DNA of 64,000 bases. It comes from a virus (lineage: Duplodnaviria > Caudoviricetes). The notes beneath the pieces are model-generated. The model searched no databases and was not told where the DNA came from. It saw only the letters and a list, made by a program, of their open reading frames with translations. Below, one piece after another: positions 22,001 to 29,026 of this stretch. Location: the IMG/VR virus record IMGVR_UViG_3300037295_000263, positions 1-64,000 of that record; one strand, written 5' to 3'. The position numbers and the translations under genes were made by a program. Position 1 is the first letter of the stretch; the number at the start of each line of letters is the position of its first letter.

Positions 22001-23467
22001 TGCAGTTGCTCCGTTGCTCGGAGTAATTGTAATAGCTGGTTGAAAATCGTAACCAAATCCAGGATCGTTAATCGAAATAGCATTTACAATTCCTAAGATA
22101 GGATCTATACTGACTTCAGCTGTTGCTTGTCTGCTGCCTGCAATAGCTGGATTCGGAGGATCAATAACTGCAATAGGTGGAGTAGTAAACCCGCTGCCTA
22201 TAGAATTAACAGTAACAGATCCGGCTGTTGAATAAAATTCAGGAGATACGTTTCCTGTTGCATATGGGTCTAAATAAAATCCGTCAGATATAAATCCTTC
22301 TTCTCCAAAGTCAATAACTGAGTTGGAAATGGACAAGTATCCTCCTCTTGTAGTGTAAAATGCTTTTGAACAAAACACAGCAAAACAAGAAACTAGCTGC
22401 ATATATCCGAAGTTAGTTACATGAAATCCAATAGCACCTTGTGCAACTTGAGTAAATGCATCACCTACCATAGATTTAATCGGGGACTGTTTACTATATC
22501 TGTCTCCGTCAATAAGCATGCCACTACCTGCACCTTCGACATCAATACCGTACACATCGACTTGTGATAAATTAATTTCATCATCTAACAACGGGCGCGG
22601 CCCTTTGACCATTACTCCCGCCGAGTTAGGCTGTTCTGTAACAAAAGGAATCCATTCTTCGCCATTTCTCATCCACGGGCCGTTAATATTAGAACAGTTT
22701 TGTATATACGGAGAGGTATCAACTATTGCATCGTCGTCAATATTAACGCAGTAAGCAGGTGCTTGTAATCCCTTAAACACAATACCAGTAACATAATTTT
22801 GACTGTTTACTAAGAAAAAGTCAGGTGCCCATTTAAATACTCCTCCAGCTGCTGTGCTAGAAATATCTTCACCAAATTGACGGTACGTCAATGTTGTAGG
22901 TGTTGGCACTTCGAGAATATTTACATCCGTTTCGTCGACTGCAGTATTTGAGCAGCGTACTCGTATTCTTGTTTCAGATGTTAAGCCGTGCGGTACATCT
23001 GAAGTTATAGTAGTAACTCGGTTAGTCCGTTGAATGTTTACAATGTTATATGTTTGCGGACCATTTAGCGGTCTCACAATAACTCTACGTAAGTTATCGC
23101 CAACAATACTTACCTTTGGCGGTATACGTACTGGATTATTTTCGTAGTATTCTCCGCTCTTTACAAAGATAGTTGTACCTTGTTGTGCTGCATCTACTGC
23201 CGATTTAATCGATCTCTTTGCTTGTCGTGGTCCTTCGCCTAGTCCGGTATTATTATCGTTACCGTCCATTGTAACATACATTACATTAGTAACTTCGGGA
23301 CCTGGAACTATTCCGTTGGGGACAAACAAGTCACCGTCAATTATTACATCGCCGCTAATAACAACTTGTTGCGTAGGGTTTAATTCAATATTACCATCTA
23401 AGCGTTGTAAAATTGTGTCGTCTAAAGGGTTAGCACTGCTGAGGTTGTGTTTTCTTAGAAATTTCAT
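13058..23467 (-). CDS. Giant tail fibre/spike-like virion protein (3469 aa), paralogue of the 2368-aa protein
   Basis: Uninterrupted ORF with a YVTMDGNDNNTG...AKRSIKSA...GEYYENNP beta-helix motif, four helical xxRD...G(T/G)N repeats and many 55-aa GGDLTT repeats. Confidence 0.8.
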   Translation of the reverse strand: MKFLRKHNLSSANPLDDTILQRLDGNIELNPTQQVVISGDVIIDGDLFVPNGIVPGPEVTNVMYVTMDGNDNNTGLGEGPRQAKRSIKSAVDAAQQGTTIFVKSGEYYENNPVRIPPKVSIVGDNLRRVIVRPLNGPQTYNIVNIQRTNRVTTITSDVPHGLTSETRIRVRCSNTAVDETDVNILEVPTPTTLTYRQFGEDISSTAAGGVFKWAPDFFLVNSQNYVTGIVFKGLQAPAYCVNIDDDAIVDTSPYIQNCSNINGPWMRNGEEWIPFVTEQPNSAGVMVKGPRPLLDDEINLSQVDVYGIDVEGAGSGMLIDGDRYSKQSPIKSMVGDAFTQVAQGAIGFHVTNFGYMQLVSCFAVFCSKAFYTTRGGYLSISNSVIDFGEEGFISDGFYLDPYATGNVSPEFYSTAGSVTVNSIGSGFTTPPIAVIDPPNPAIAGSRQATAEVSIDPILGIVNAISINDPGFGYDFQPAITITPSNGATATVNLAKNLTIDLSNLSSKPQVGSIMLLDNDPLGYYISGTLNDNQTFRYDEQKCIRDVGLIIDAVMADIVLGTNYRTVVAGLSYLRSYSSKVTSLQKSQTIAALTQAKTLTVDSTSNATVKTLIADHFDIVINIIDQGLSASPAVTMDTPVSAEAGFPEAAAILNANRQFIQDEIVAWLASAFSFSYNETKCKRDVELIIRAIVDDMVLGTNHQTRIAAFSYLRSYSSTVTEQQKLQTIDGINKAKELALLLVRDPITKSIVVANFKIVTDVLTTLDSQRAPAFEYTNPNNVNVGITNAAQQIFVNREFIVSEIVAFVAENLTPANYSAELWARDTEYLTDSILFDILYGGNSSTVNVARSFFNNSTNVVASQQSEHSSAYTRLKEVLGYVIDADDSWTKSAGNISVQDVSLSAGSIVATLKAEDLTDIVIDAIVSGAGTIPTPDVPAFANGSRFAFRNEERSLIINDLDNIKFNVIEFLNDKYNGNFNYNQATCRRDISYIIDAISYDLMYGGNSQTREAGLSYAEGSVILGQIEETQAAYEYWKEISKSILRNIEIVPSTGNTTLQDVSVLTGDPLDPEGPSAKVSTLLQIIIDVIDHGPGYVPEIPTNPEFDLYGDSTFLVERDIVLANVPSIQTATIFYINTTFGGTITVSVFPPIQSVTNGANASFHNVSTLSSGGTALEYVGAGVTYNALPFFGGQPDPEKERVEINNGKAFTVTSDQVGNYRVGQFFTVNALTGEVTINAENLNLSGLSSIGPFRRNGVPVGVQLQEVSDNSALIASTGFQDGKTVPTQRAVSAYVENRYLNKVQSDTPQTVESDVIFLKDVGINGGDVTTDQTIFNLVNTTATTVNIAGEATNVNIGGINGTTNINNDLDVYGNVLIRGTDGSTVGNLNTTAASFNILNTTPTTIVFGDAATSINIGSNTGVTTVNHNLEVKQNIILTSSTPSESSIESNSQTVNLLNSETETINLGGDAQTIIIGSATGATTINHTLYVDKDVFVGQDLSVNGNTMLGDDTTDTVTINGLLNINLPDNEPLVVDVVQGTDSYFKIDTVNSFEKVTFGTVPNIEILNTDDSVNKNTGALVVDGGVGVKKNLTVGLNLTVDGNTILGNERNTDLLSASGISNFNVPDNIVNVFEIRENLSSYIKIDTSDNNEYVDFGTTPVVRILNIKDSSSKDTGALVVEGGAGIERSLTVGVDLTVDRDATVTRNLAVNGGNLTTSNVTFNLVNTTATAVNFAGAATDIQIGSATGTTNVNNNLDVDGDVNIDGGDLTASAASFNLINTTVETVNFGSQATTINIGALTGTTTIRNASVVLDGDLQIKGGDLTTNQTTFNLVNATATTVNLAGAGTAVNIGAASGTTTVKNNLRVDADLQVEGGDLTTNQTTFNLLNTGVQTINAFGTGTAVNIGAATGNTTIKNSLIVDGNSTLGNSTADIFTITGSLASSLPDNTAAAADFKEGLNSYFKIDTTNSSEFVVFGSLPKLTSLNTTDATNSITAGATFAGGLAVAKQVWVGSNLRVDGNSTLGENRVSDATSINGQVIIDLPDNSSSAFSIVENLSSYVKINTVDTAELIEFGSAPRVSILNSTESTTKDTGALVIEGGVGIEFSLVSGLDVTSGRNITAGNNLAVNGGNLTSSASIFNLLNSTVGAVNFANDATAISIGSLTGDTTVRHNLIVTGDVSVNGGDLTTSQSVFNLINTSASAINFAGAGTAVNIGSTSGNTNVKNNLIVDLDLQVKGGDLTTNQSTFNLLNTNSTTVNFAGAATLIDIGAATGTTSINNNLDVDGNINVDGGSITTSLATINLLNSTATTVNAFGDANAVNIGSLASTITLKGTTQSSDINSGSLVVKGGAAIVKNLNVGGNLDVQGDISLNGDITANAFLSSSTVLQAPTIGNYAGERVRLYDFDNLTKTNYAIGAESDHVWMGVDSNNEQQGFKWYGETVQLMRLSAAGNLSLVGNAAISGDIAVNGGDLTTTASTFNLVNATATTVNFASAATAIEIGASTGSTTVNNNLNVDGDFRLGSDVIFYNQGANGFSVNTDYDISNTATQTGYTFSSGSGRTGTILALGVTGEFNNYVGVTGSSTSNKFVIGSTGVNTTFEIRNNSGVTPVDLSNGSLLLSVASSGNVSVKGNLEVKGGSVTTDQTTFNLVNAIATTVNAFGSATAVTIGASSGSTTVRNNLEVILDVAANGGDVTTTATTFNLINANAATVNFAGAGSVINIGAATGTTTIRNANVVLDGSLQIKGNNLTTDRMTFNLLNDTATTINAFNAATLISIGSTTGTTTVRNKLIVSADLAANGGDLTTNQTTFNLVDTTATTVNFAREATSTNIGATTGTTTIRNANTVVTGDLAVNGGDLTTAATTFNLVNANAATVNFAGAADNVIIGSAIGTTSFNNHVIIDGNLTVSGTTTTVNTEELFVADNIITLNSNYQGSTPTENSGIEVNRGDLANSSVIWDETNGYWTLDNGTGTRFIIQNTGRDVVLGTETSGSYIATVTGTANQVVVDNSGLETANITISLPQDIHSGASPQFVNQLLTGDLAVNGGDVTTTATTFNLVNANAATVNFAGAATAIEIGAATGTLTINNKETVFDSTSHITIPVGVTSQRAAIPVPGMIRYNTELTTFEGYATAWGSLGGVKDVDGNTYIIPETSPGSNENILYFYNDGIKTAELSVDSMSFLQNTSSTNTTSGSLVVTGGVGISQNAHIGGTLNTTGAVVFSNTLAVTGDSLLTGDLAVNGGDVTTTATTFNLVNANAVTVNFAGAATVVEIGSSAGTTNVNNNLIVDLDVQIKGGDITTNQTTFNLLPTTVTTGNLFDVATIVNIAKSAAAANTTLVGPEITGNSIVLNSTANGSVSVDSIVSTGTVNLFAGITTGTVNLATTNGSTVNIGGIGSSTNIAELILTTDLAVEFGGTGQSTFTENGIVYGNTADGLLVTAASDPGVSNASTSFGILTTDINNVPVWTDTIDEGEY

Positions 23468-23470
23468 ATT

Positions 23471-23806
23471 TTATATTACCACGTAGCTAATTGTTGCACT
23501 TACAATGTTGTCATCCGTTGACGAGGCATAAATTTGATCGCCTGAACTTAGTACAATTCTTTCTGAACTAAATGTAAAAGTATCTCCGGCGTCTATTGGA
23601 ATCTGACTTACAATTTTATTTGTTATCGAAGGAATATCTCCATTTTTAACTACGTGTACGTTAACATATTGTACACCTGCAGTTGGGTCAAACGGATCTG
23701 GTGTATTATTATTACAAAATAGTATAACTGTAATTGCTGAGTCTGTAGATACAGATTCGCTTATCGGTGCTGCTGTAGTTAATAATAATGTGTTTGTTAT
23801 TGCCAT
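23471..23806 (-). CDS. Small putative virion structural protein (111 aa)
   Basis: AAGGA-A-rich RBS, co-oriented in the fibre cluster, beta-rich pattern (IPIDAGDTFTFSSERIVLSSGDQI). Confidence 0.7.
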   Translation of the reverse strand: MAITNTLLLTTAAPISESVSTDSAITVILFCNNNTPDPFDPTAGVQYVNVHVVKNGDIPSITNKIVSQIPIDAGDTFTFSSERIVLSSGDQIYASSTDDNIVSATISYVVI

Positions 23807-23817
23807 TTTTTTTTTCC

Positions 23818-25404
23818 TTAAAGAATCAACGAATATATAAATGCTTTTGATCTGCTGATTAACTCATCGTTAGTTCCTGTTGTGTTTACAAAATATAATC
23901 CAGTTCCGCCGCCGCCTGGTTCGTTAGTTGAATACATTTTTACATTGCCTACTGGAGTACTCGGTACAGTTGATTGGTTAGATAAACTTAGTACTCCGTC
24001 AAATAATATATCATTACCTGAAACATTACTGATCACATTACCAGCAATATTGATATCGTTTATTGATGTACTACCGGAGGTATTTCCGATATTGATCTCT
24101 GTAGCTGCTCCGCCGAAATTAACAGTTGTAGCAACGGCATTTATAAGATTAAATGAGGATTGCGTAGTTGTTAAGTCTCCGCCATTTACCGATACATCAC
24201 TGTTAACAATTAAATTATTGTTAACTGTAGTGTTTCCTGATGCTGATCCTATGTTAACATTTGTGCCTGCTCCTGCTAAATTAACAGTTGTAGCAGTTGT
24301 ATTTGCAAGATTGAATGTAGTAGCCGCAGTTGTTAAGTCGCCACCATTTACTGCCAAGTCACCAGTAACGACGGTATTGGCATTACGGATAGTAGTTGTG
24401 CCTGTTGTAGCGCCTATAGTAACTGCTGTGCCTGTCCCTGCAAAATTAACTGTAGTAGCATACGTATTAACAAGGTTAAATGTAGTAGCTGCTGGAGAAG
24501 TTGTAAGATTGCCTCCGTAAACTGCTAAGTCTCCTGCAATTACAGTATTTGCATTATGTATAACCGCTGTGCCTGAAGTTGCACCAATTTGAATATCAGT
24601 AGAAGCTCTTGCAAAATTTACAATGTTAGCAGTAGTGTTAATAAGATTAAAAGTTGTAGCTGTAGTTGTTAAATCGCCGCCATTTACTGCTAAATCTTTT
24701 GTTACCCGTATTCCTGTATTTGTTAATTTTAATTCACTAGATTCATTAATAAAAAAATCAATGTTATCATTATAAGTTTGTATTCTAGAAACTATCGACG
24801 AACCTACTTTTTTATAAATTTTATCAACATCGGCTATACCAGGATCGATTCCTCCTGCATTAACATAGTCTCTAAGAGTACGGACTGTTGGAATTTTATT
24901 ATCGGAATCTTCTAAAAAATCTAAAATATTGTCGGAGTACAGTTGAGAATCACTGTTAGCAACTCTCAATACTGTATCTTCATTTTGCAAATTAAAAACA
25001 ATATCTGACGATAGCTTACTGCTAATGCTGGAAACTTGAATAGATCTTAAAGTTTCAGTTGCATCTACAAGTACCCATGCACCTAGTTTATTTTCATCAG
25101 TAACTGGATCAAACCACGGAGATTGCTCGTCGAAGATTAATCTAACATCAGGCTTTGATCCTCTTTCAATTTCTAGTCCGGAAACTAACTGAGTAATTCC
25201 TGGTCCTGTATCTCCTACGTTTAATCTAATAATATTATCTTCAATTTCTAAATTAGTAGTATTAATCGAAGTAGTATTACCGTCAACATACAAGTCACCA
25301 GTAATCAATACCCTTCCTATTTCAGGACCGGTATCAAGAGTTATAGTTTTGCCAACTCCAGTTTTTACTGCATAGTCACCACTGACTTGTATTACTTGAC
25401 TCAT
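23818..25404 (-). CDS. Fibre-related virion protein (528 aa) with 55-aa GGDLTT repeats
   Basis: Shares the GDLYVDGNTTSINTTNLEIEDNIIRLN...SGLEIERG module and the repeats with the giant fibre genes. Confidence 0.75.
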   Translation of the reverse strand: MSQVIQVSGDYAVKTGVGKTITLDTGPEIGRVLITGDLYVDGNTTSINTTNLEIEDNIIRLNVGDTGPGITQLVSGLEIERGSKPDVRLIFDEQSPWFDPVTDENKLGAWVLVDATETLRSIQVSSISSKLSSDIVFNLQNEDTVLRVANSDSQLYSDNILDFLEDSDNKIPTVRTLRDYVNAGGIDPGIADVDKIYKKVGSSIVSRIQTYNDNIDFFINESSELKLTNTGIRVTKDLAVNGGDLTTTATTFNLINTTANIVNFARASTDIQIGATSGTAVIHNANTVIAGDLAVYGGNLTTSPAATTFNLVNTYATTVNFAGTGTAVTIGATTGTTTIRNANTVVTGDLAVNGGDLTTAATTFNLANTTATTVNLAGAGTNVNIGSASGNTTVNNNLIVNSDVSVNGGDLTTTQSSFNLINAVATTVNFGGAATEINIGNTSGSTSINDINIAGNVISNVSGNDILFDGVLSLSNQSTVPSTPVGNVKMYSTNEPGGGGTGLYFVNTTGTNDELISRSKAFIYSLIL

Positions 25405-25417
25405 AATTTATTCCGTA

Positions 25418-26308
25418 TTAAGCAGTTGCTGGTATCAATACAATAAAATCGTTTGAACCATTATTCTTTAAATACCATGTGTAAATGTTATTGTTCCAAT
25501 CGATTGCTACCCGCTTGGTTAACCGACGCAACGGAATTGCTGTAGTAAGATTAGTCCCGCCAACATATCCAACAATAGACATTTCGTTAATTGCATTTGG
25601 AGTATCTCCTACCAACACACAATTCACACGCACTCTTGGCGTTCCTGATCGAGCTACTTGAAAAGTTTTTGTTCCTCGTTGCTTGATAATAATTCCGTCT
25701 GTACGCAGTTGCGTATCAAAAAATGAAACTGGTATTCCAGAAGAGCCACTATTAACCATTACTGCGGTCCCTGTAGCTGTTCCTGATATAGAAACGGCTG
25801 GGACCGCAGTATAGCCTGCACCTGGTTCAGTTACTGTAATTCCATTAATTTGTAAGTCAAAAGTAAATGTAGCATCGGCTCCTGTGCCACCAGTAACTGA
25901 CAATCCTGTTACGCCGGTAACTACAGTGTATTCGCCGCTAGTAAGTATGCTAACGGAGTCAATAGGCCCAGTTGCTCCACCACCGGTAATTGCAGTAACT
26001 TGTAAAGTGGCAGCAGTACCAGTGCCTAACCCAACTACAGTAATTATATCGTTAGCAGTGTATCCTGTTCCTGCATCAACTAGTGTGAAACTAGCAACAC
26101 CCATACTGGATACTGCAATAGTAGCACGTGTACCGTTTTTCTTTTTTGGAACATTAGCTACAGTTGTTGTTGGAATTCCAGTGTATCCTGAATTAATTCC
26201 GCTTAGTGTTACACTTGCAACACTTTCTCCGTCAAAGCCAGTACCTGCTGCATTTACAGATCCTAATACTTCTGTACCATTTACATCTTTCTTAAGTGGA
26301 CGTCCCAT
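25418..26308 (-). CDS. Putative virion structural/decoration protein (296 aa) with a Gly/Thr-rich central region
   Basis: GGAG RBS, position just downstream of the capsid gene, GTGYT/GAGYT-type motifs. Confidence 0.7.
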   Translation of the reverse strand: MGRPLKKDVNGTEVLGSVNAAGTGFDGESVASVTLSGINSGYTGIPTTTVANVPKKKNGTRATIAVSSMGVASFTLVDAGTGYTANDIITVVGLGTGTAATLQVTAITGGGATGPIDSVSILTSGEYTVVTGVTGLSVTGGTGADATFTFDLQINGITVTEPGAGYTAVPAVSISGTATGTAVMVNSGSSGIPVSFFDTQLRTDGIIIKQRGTKTFQVARSGTPRVRVNCVLVGDTPNAINEMSIVGYVGGTNLTTAIPLRRLTKRVAIDWNNNIYTWYLKNNGSNDFIVLIPATA

Positions 26309-26326
26309 TTTTTTCTCCTTGATGTT

Positions 26327-26361
26327 GACGTTTTAGGTCTACGCTGCGGGTACAGCATAAG
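26327..26361 (-). promoter_or_regulatory. Two-hairpin structured leader upstream of the 296-aa gene
   Basis: UAUGCUG/CAGCGUA 7-bp stem (26340-26359, one G-U pair) followed by a GAC/GUC stem (26327-26339), between the TAAATA at 26392-26397 and the RBS. Confidence 0.5.
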
Positions 26362-26391
26362 TTCGACAATGCGATTCTTAGTTAGACATTG

Positions 26392-26397
26392 TATTTA
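26392..26397 (-). promoter_or_regulatory. Putative late promoter TAAATA overlapping the stop codon of the small ORF
   Basis: The minus strand reads AGA TAA ATA CAA. Confidence 0.6.
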
Positions 26398-26664
26398 TCT
26401 TTGCGACAAATATGCCATTACTTCAATCTTTTCAACTAACTCGATAGTTTTGTTAATAGATTCTATTTCGTTTTGTGCTTTTGTTAAATAGGTTTTTTGA
26501 CGAGTTTGCCGATACATTACCAAGGACTGACTATATTCCGAAATATGTTTTTCTATTTTATCTTCTAACTGTCGTACATCATGTTTAAATGCCGGAAATT
26601 TTCTCAAGTAACATCGAACATGGTCACGTACTTTTCCAAAGTCGTTTTCTGATTCTATTTTCAT
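26395..26664 (-). CDS. Hypothetical protein (about 89 aa; likely start MKIESENDF at 26664)
   Basis: The ORF track gives 26395-26679. An AAAGGA RBS precedes the ATG at 26664. The sequence is charged and helical. Confidence 0.6.
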   Translation of the reverse strand: MKIESENDFGKVRDHVRCYLRKFPAFKHDVRQLEDKIEKHISEYSQSLVMYRQTRQKTYLTKAQNEIESINKTIELVEKIEVMAYLSQR

Positions 26665-26680
26665 AATACATCCTTTCAAA

Positions 26681-26706
26681 CAAAAAGACTCCGAAGAGTC
26701 TTTTTG
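26681..26706 (-). terminator. Rho-independent terminator after the major capsid gene with a C(UUCG)G tetraloop
   Basis: CAAAAAGACTC-CGAA-GAGTCTTTTTG is a perfect inverted repeat. The minus-strand loop is cUUCGg, as in T4-type terminators, with A/T tracts on both sides. Confidence 0.9.
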
Positions 26707-26728
26707 TATTATACACTAATTTTAAAAA

Positions 26729-27901
26729 TTAAGCAAAGCGTAAGTTTGCTGAAGTAACTTGAACTTTAGCCAAGTAATCAGCTGCATTACCCAATGATGA
26801 TGCTGTGTTTGTTAACTCAACATATCCGTAACGTGTCATGAAACTCACGACTGGTTCGAATGTTGCTGGGTCTAGAACTACACCACTGCTCATTAACGGA
26901 ATGTACGGACAGTAGAACGCAGGAGCATCGCTTTCGCTGGCGCCTTTGTAACCGATCAATACATCGTCATTGCTAGCATAAGCATTAACATAAACTTTCA
27001 TTGCGCTATTCAATGTGCCAACAAACTTAGTGTTTGTAGGAGCTTCGAATGTGCCTTCTGTAGTACGAGCAAACGCACTAGTTGTTGCACTTTGCAATAA
27101 TGTCAATGTTGTTGGGCTTACAACGGCGTAGTTACCTGCACCACGGCGTGTACGCTGAGCAATCAAGTTACTAGCACGATTGATCTGAACAGCCAAAGCA
27201 GCATGCTCGTCACCAACGAAAGTAGCAACACCAGAAACTAATGATTGGTCATAAGTTAAAACAGTACTAGCTAAGCTATTCAAACTAGCAATAACTTCTT
27301 GGTCAATTTCAGCAGTAATTTCTTGAGCCAAAGCAGCCATGATTTCTGCTTCGATGTCAATGCCTTGTTGGGCTTGTGCATCTTGTGCAGCTTCAAAAGT
27401 CCAGCGAGCTGACAGTTTACGTGTCTTAGCTTCTACTGTTTGTTTCAAGATTTGAATACTCAATCTGTTTCCTGCACGACCTTCCAATGCTGCTGTAGCA
27501 GAAGCTCTGTCATTTGCTGCTGAACCTGAATAGCCTTCAGCAATTTTGAATGGGCTCAATGCTTCTTCACCTGCAGCAACGCTTGTTCCGATAGCACTGT
27601 TGAAATTATCAGAATAACGTACACGCAGTGTATGAATTTGACCTACTGGGCCAGTCATAGGCTGGACACCTACCAATTCGTTAGCGATAACGGTTGGCAT
27701 TACACGTCTGATGACGGGTAGAATAACACGGTTAAGTGTTGCAACGTTGCCAGCGGAAGTAGCTCCAGCAGTGGCACTTTCTGCGAGATACTTGCGGGTA
27801 TTCTCTAGAGTTGTTGCCATTACTGTACGCTTGTTACCTTGAAGACCTTCTAAAAGTGCGTCTTTGGTTTCCGACCAGCGCGACTCGAGTAATTGTGACA
27901 T
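26729..27901 (-). CDS. gp23: Major capsid protein, T4 gp23-like
   Basis: Hallmark motifs LPVIRRVMPTVIANELVGVQPMTGPVGQIHTLR, RKLSARWTFEAAQD, EITAEIDQE and FYCPYIPL...FMTRYG. Confidence 0.97.
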   Translation of the reverse strand: MSQLLESRWSETKDALLEGLQGNKRTVMATTLENTRKYLAESATAGATSAGNVATLNRVILPVIRRVMPTVIANELVGVQPMTGPVGQIHTLRVRYSDNFNSAIGTSVAAGEEALSPFKIAEGYSGSAANDRASATAALEGRAGNRLSIQILKQTVEAKTRKLSARWTFEAAQDAQAQQGIDIEAEIMAALAQEITAEIDQEVIASLNSLASTVLTYDQSLVSGVATFVGDEHAALAVQINRASNLIAQRTRRGAGNYAVVSPTTLTLLQSATTSAFARTTEGTFEAPTNTKFVGTLNSAMKVYVNAYASNDDVLIGYKGASESDAPAFYCPYIPLMSSGVVLDPATFEPVVSFMTRYGYVELTNTASSLGNAADYLAKVQVTSANLRFA

Positions 27902-27919
27902 ATTAGTTCTCCTTAAACT

Positions 27920-29011
27920 TTATAGTCCCGCAAGCCTGCGGATGTCAATGATTTCAGCAGTTCTTTGTTCACCGCTGAGTGTTTTTGCCTGTGTTCTATT
28001 GCCTGTGATTGCTGTGCCTTCTGATAATACTTTTTTAACAGGTACTGTTCCACCGTTCATCACGGCTGGCATGTACTTGTCGTAAGCAGAACGTAATTTA
28101 TCAGTTCTCACTGATTCAAGTAGTTCTCCCATAACTGAACGTTTATCACCAGTTAACGGGCCTAACAATTCGCTCATAACTTCTTTGCGTTGTCCCATAT
28201 CTCGTGTAACACGTAATTCAGCAGTTTTGCTTTCTACTAATTGTTGTGCATCTGCTACTTTCTGAGCAGCTTCTTCTAATTCTAATTCTTTTTGTTGAAC
28301 TAATTTTATTAGCTTAGCTGTTTCTGATTTCTCGTTTAAATGAGAGGCAGAGTATTCGCTTGAAAAACTTTCAAAAATTCTGCGACCAAAGTCATTTTTG
28401 CGGGCTGCATCAATATCTTCTTTCAATTGTACCATTTCCGAACGTAGTCCTTTTGAAACTGTATTCTCCACGATTGCACTTGAACGACTGATAAAATCTC
28501 TTTTAATAGATTCAAATTTAGCTTTACTTTCACGTACTAAACGTACTTTAGTTTCAGCTAAATCTCTTTTATCTGTATGGAACTCGGCAATTTCTTTTGC
28601 CAAAGAATCAACAATAAAAGATTCTAATTTTGATACATTGCCTGCTACTGCTGAACGATCTTCGTGTAGTTCGCTTATCTCTCTGCGCAAAGTATTAAAG
28701 ATAAATGATTCCATTGCTTTAGTATCATTTTTCATTTTCTTAGCATATCGAGTTTTTGCTTCGACTAGCCCGTTGCGGTCTTCGGCCAATTCACTAAGCT
28801 CTGTTTGCAAACGATCTGCTAACATTGCTTCGACGGCTTCTACCATTGCGGATTTATCGTGCTCGTATTTTTGAGCAAATTCTTCACGTAGTTCAGCTGT
28901 GACTAAGTCACGGCTTTCTTGAATTTTGCCTTCCCAAGCTGATTCAATTTCCGATTTGATTTCTTCGGAAATCACATTATTTTCAAACAGTTGTTTTACA
29001 AAGTCTAGCAT
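27920..29011 (-). CDS. Prohead scaffolding/core protein (gp22 position)
   Basis: Coiled-coil, Glu/Lys-rich, located between the protease and capsid genes as in T4. Confidence 0.8.
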   Translation of the reverse strand: MLDFVKQLFENNVISEEIKSEIESAWEGKIQESRDLVTAELREEFAQKYEHDKSAMVEAVEAMLADRLQTELSELAEDRNGLVEAKTRYAKKMKNDTKAMESFIFNTLRREISELHEDRSAVAGNVSKLESFIVDSLAKEIAEFHTDKRDLAETKVRLVRESKAKFESIKRDFISRSSAIVENTVSKGLRSEMVQLKEDIDAARKNDFGRRIFESFSSEYSASHLNEKSETAKLIKLVQQKELELEEAAQKVADAQQLVESKTAELRVTRDMGQRKEVMSELLGPLTGDKRSVMGELLESVRTDKLRSAYDKYMPAVMNGGTVPVKKVLSEGTAITGNRTQAKTLSGEQRTAEIIDIRRLAGL

Positions 29012-29026
29012 GTGATTCTCCTACTG

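Noticed and set aside
1-24700. Regularly spaced DNA repeats as a possible CRISPR-like array
   Set aside because: Periods are multiples of three (126, 165), the repeats are degenerate at third positions, they lie inside ORFs, and there are no unique spacers or cas genes.
271-26336. Dozens of Val/Pro/Ala-rich + strand ORFs in the ORF track
   Set aside because: They are antisense shadows of Thr/Gly/Asn-rich minus-strand genes, occur in one fixed register and lack RBSs.
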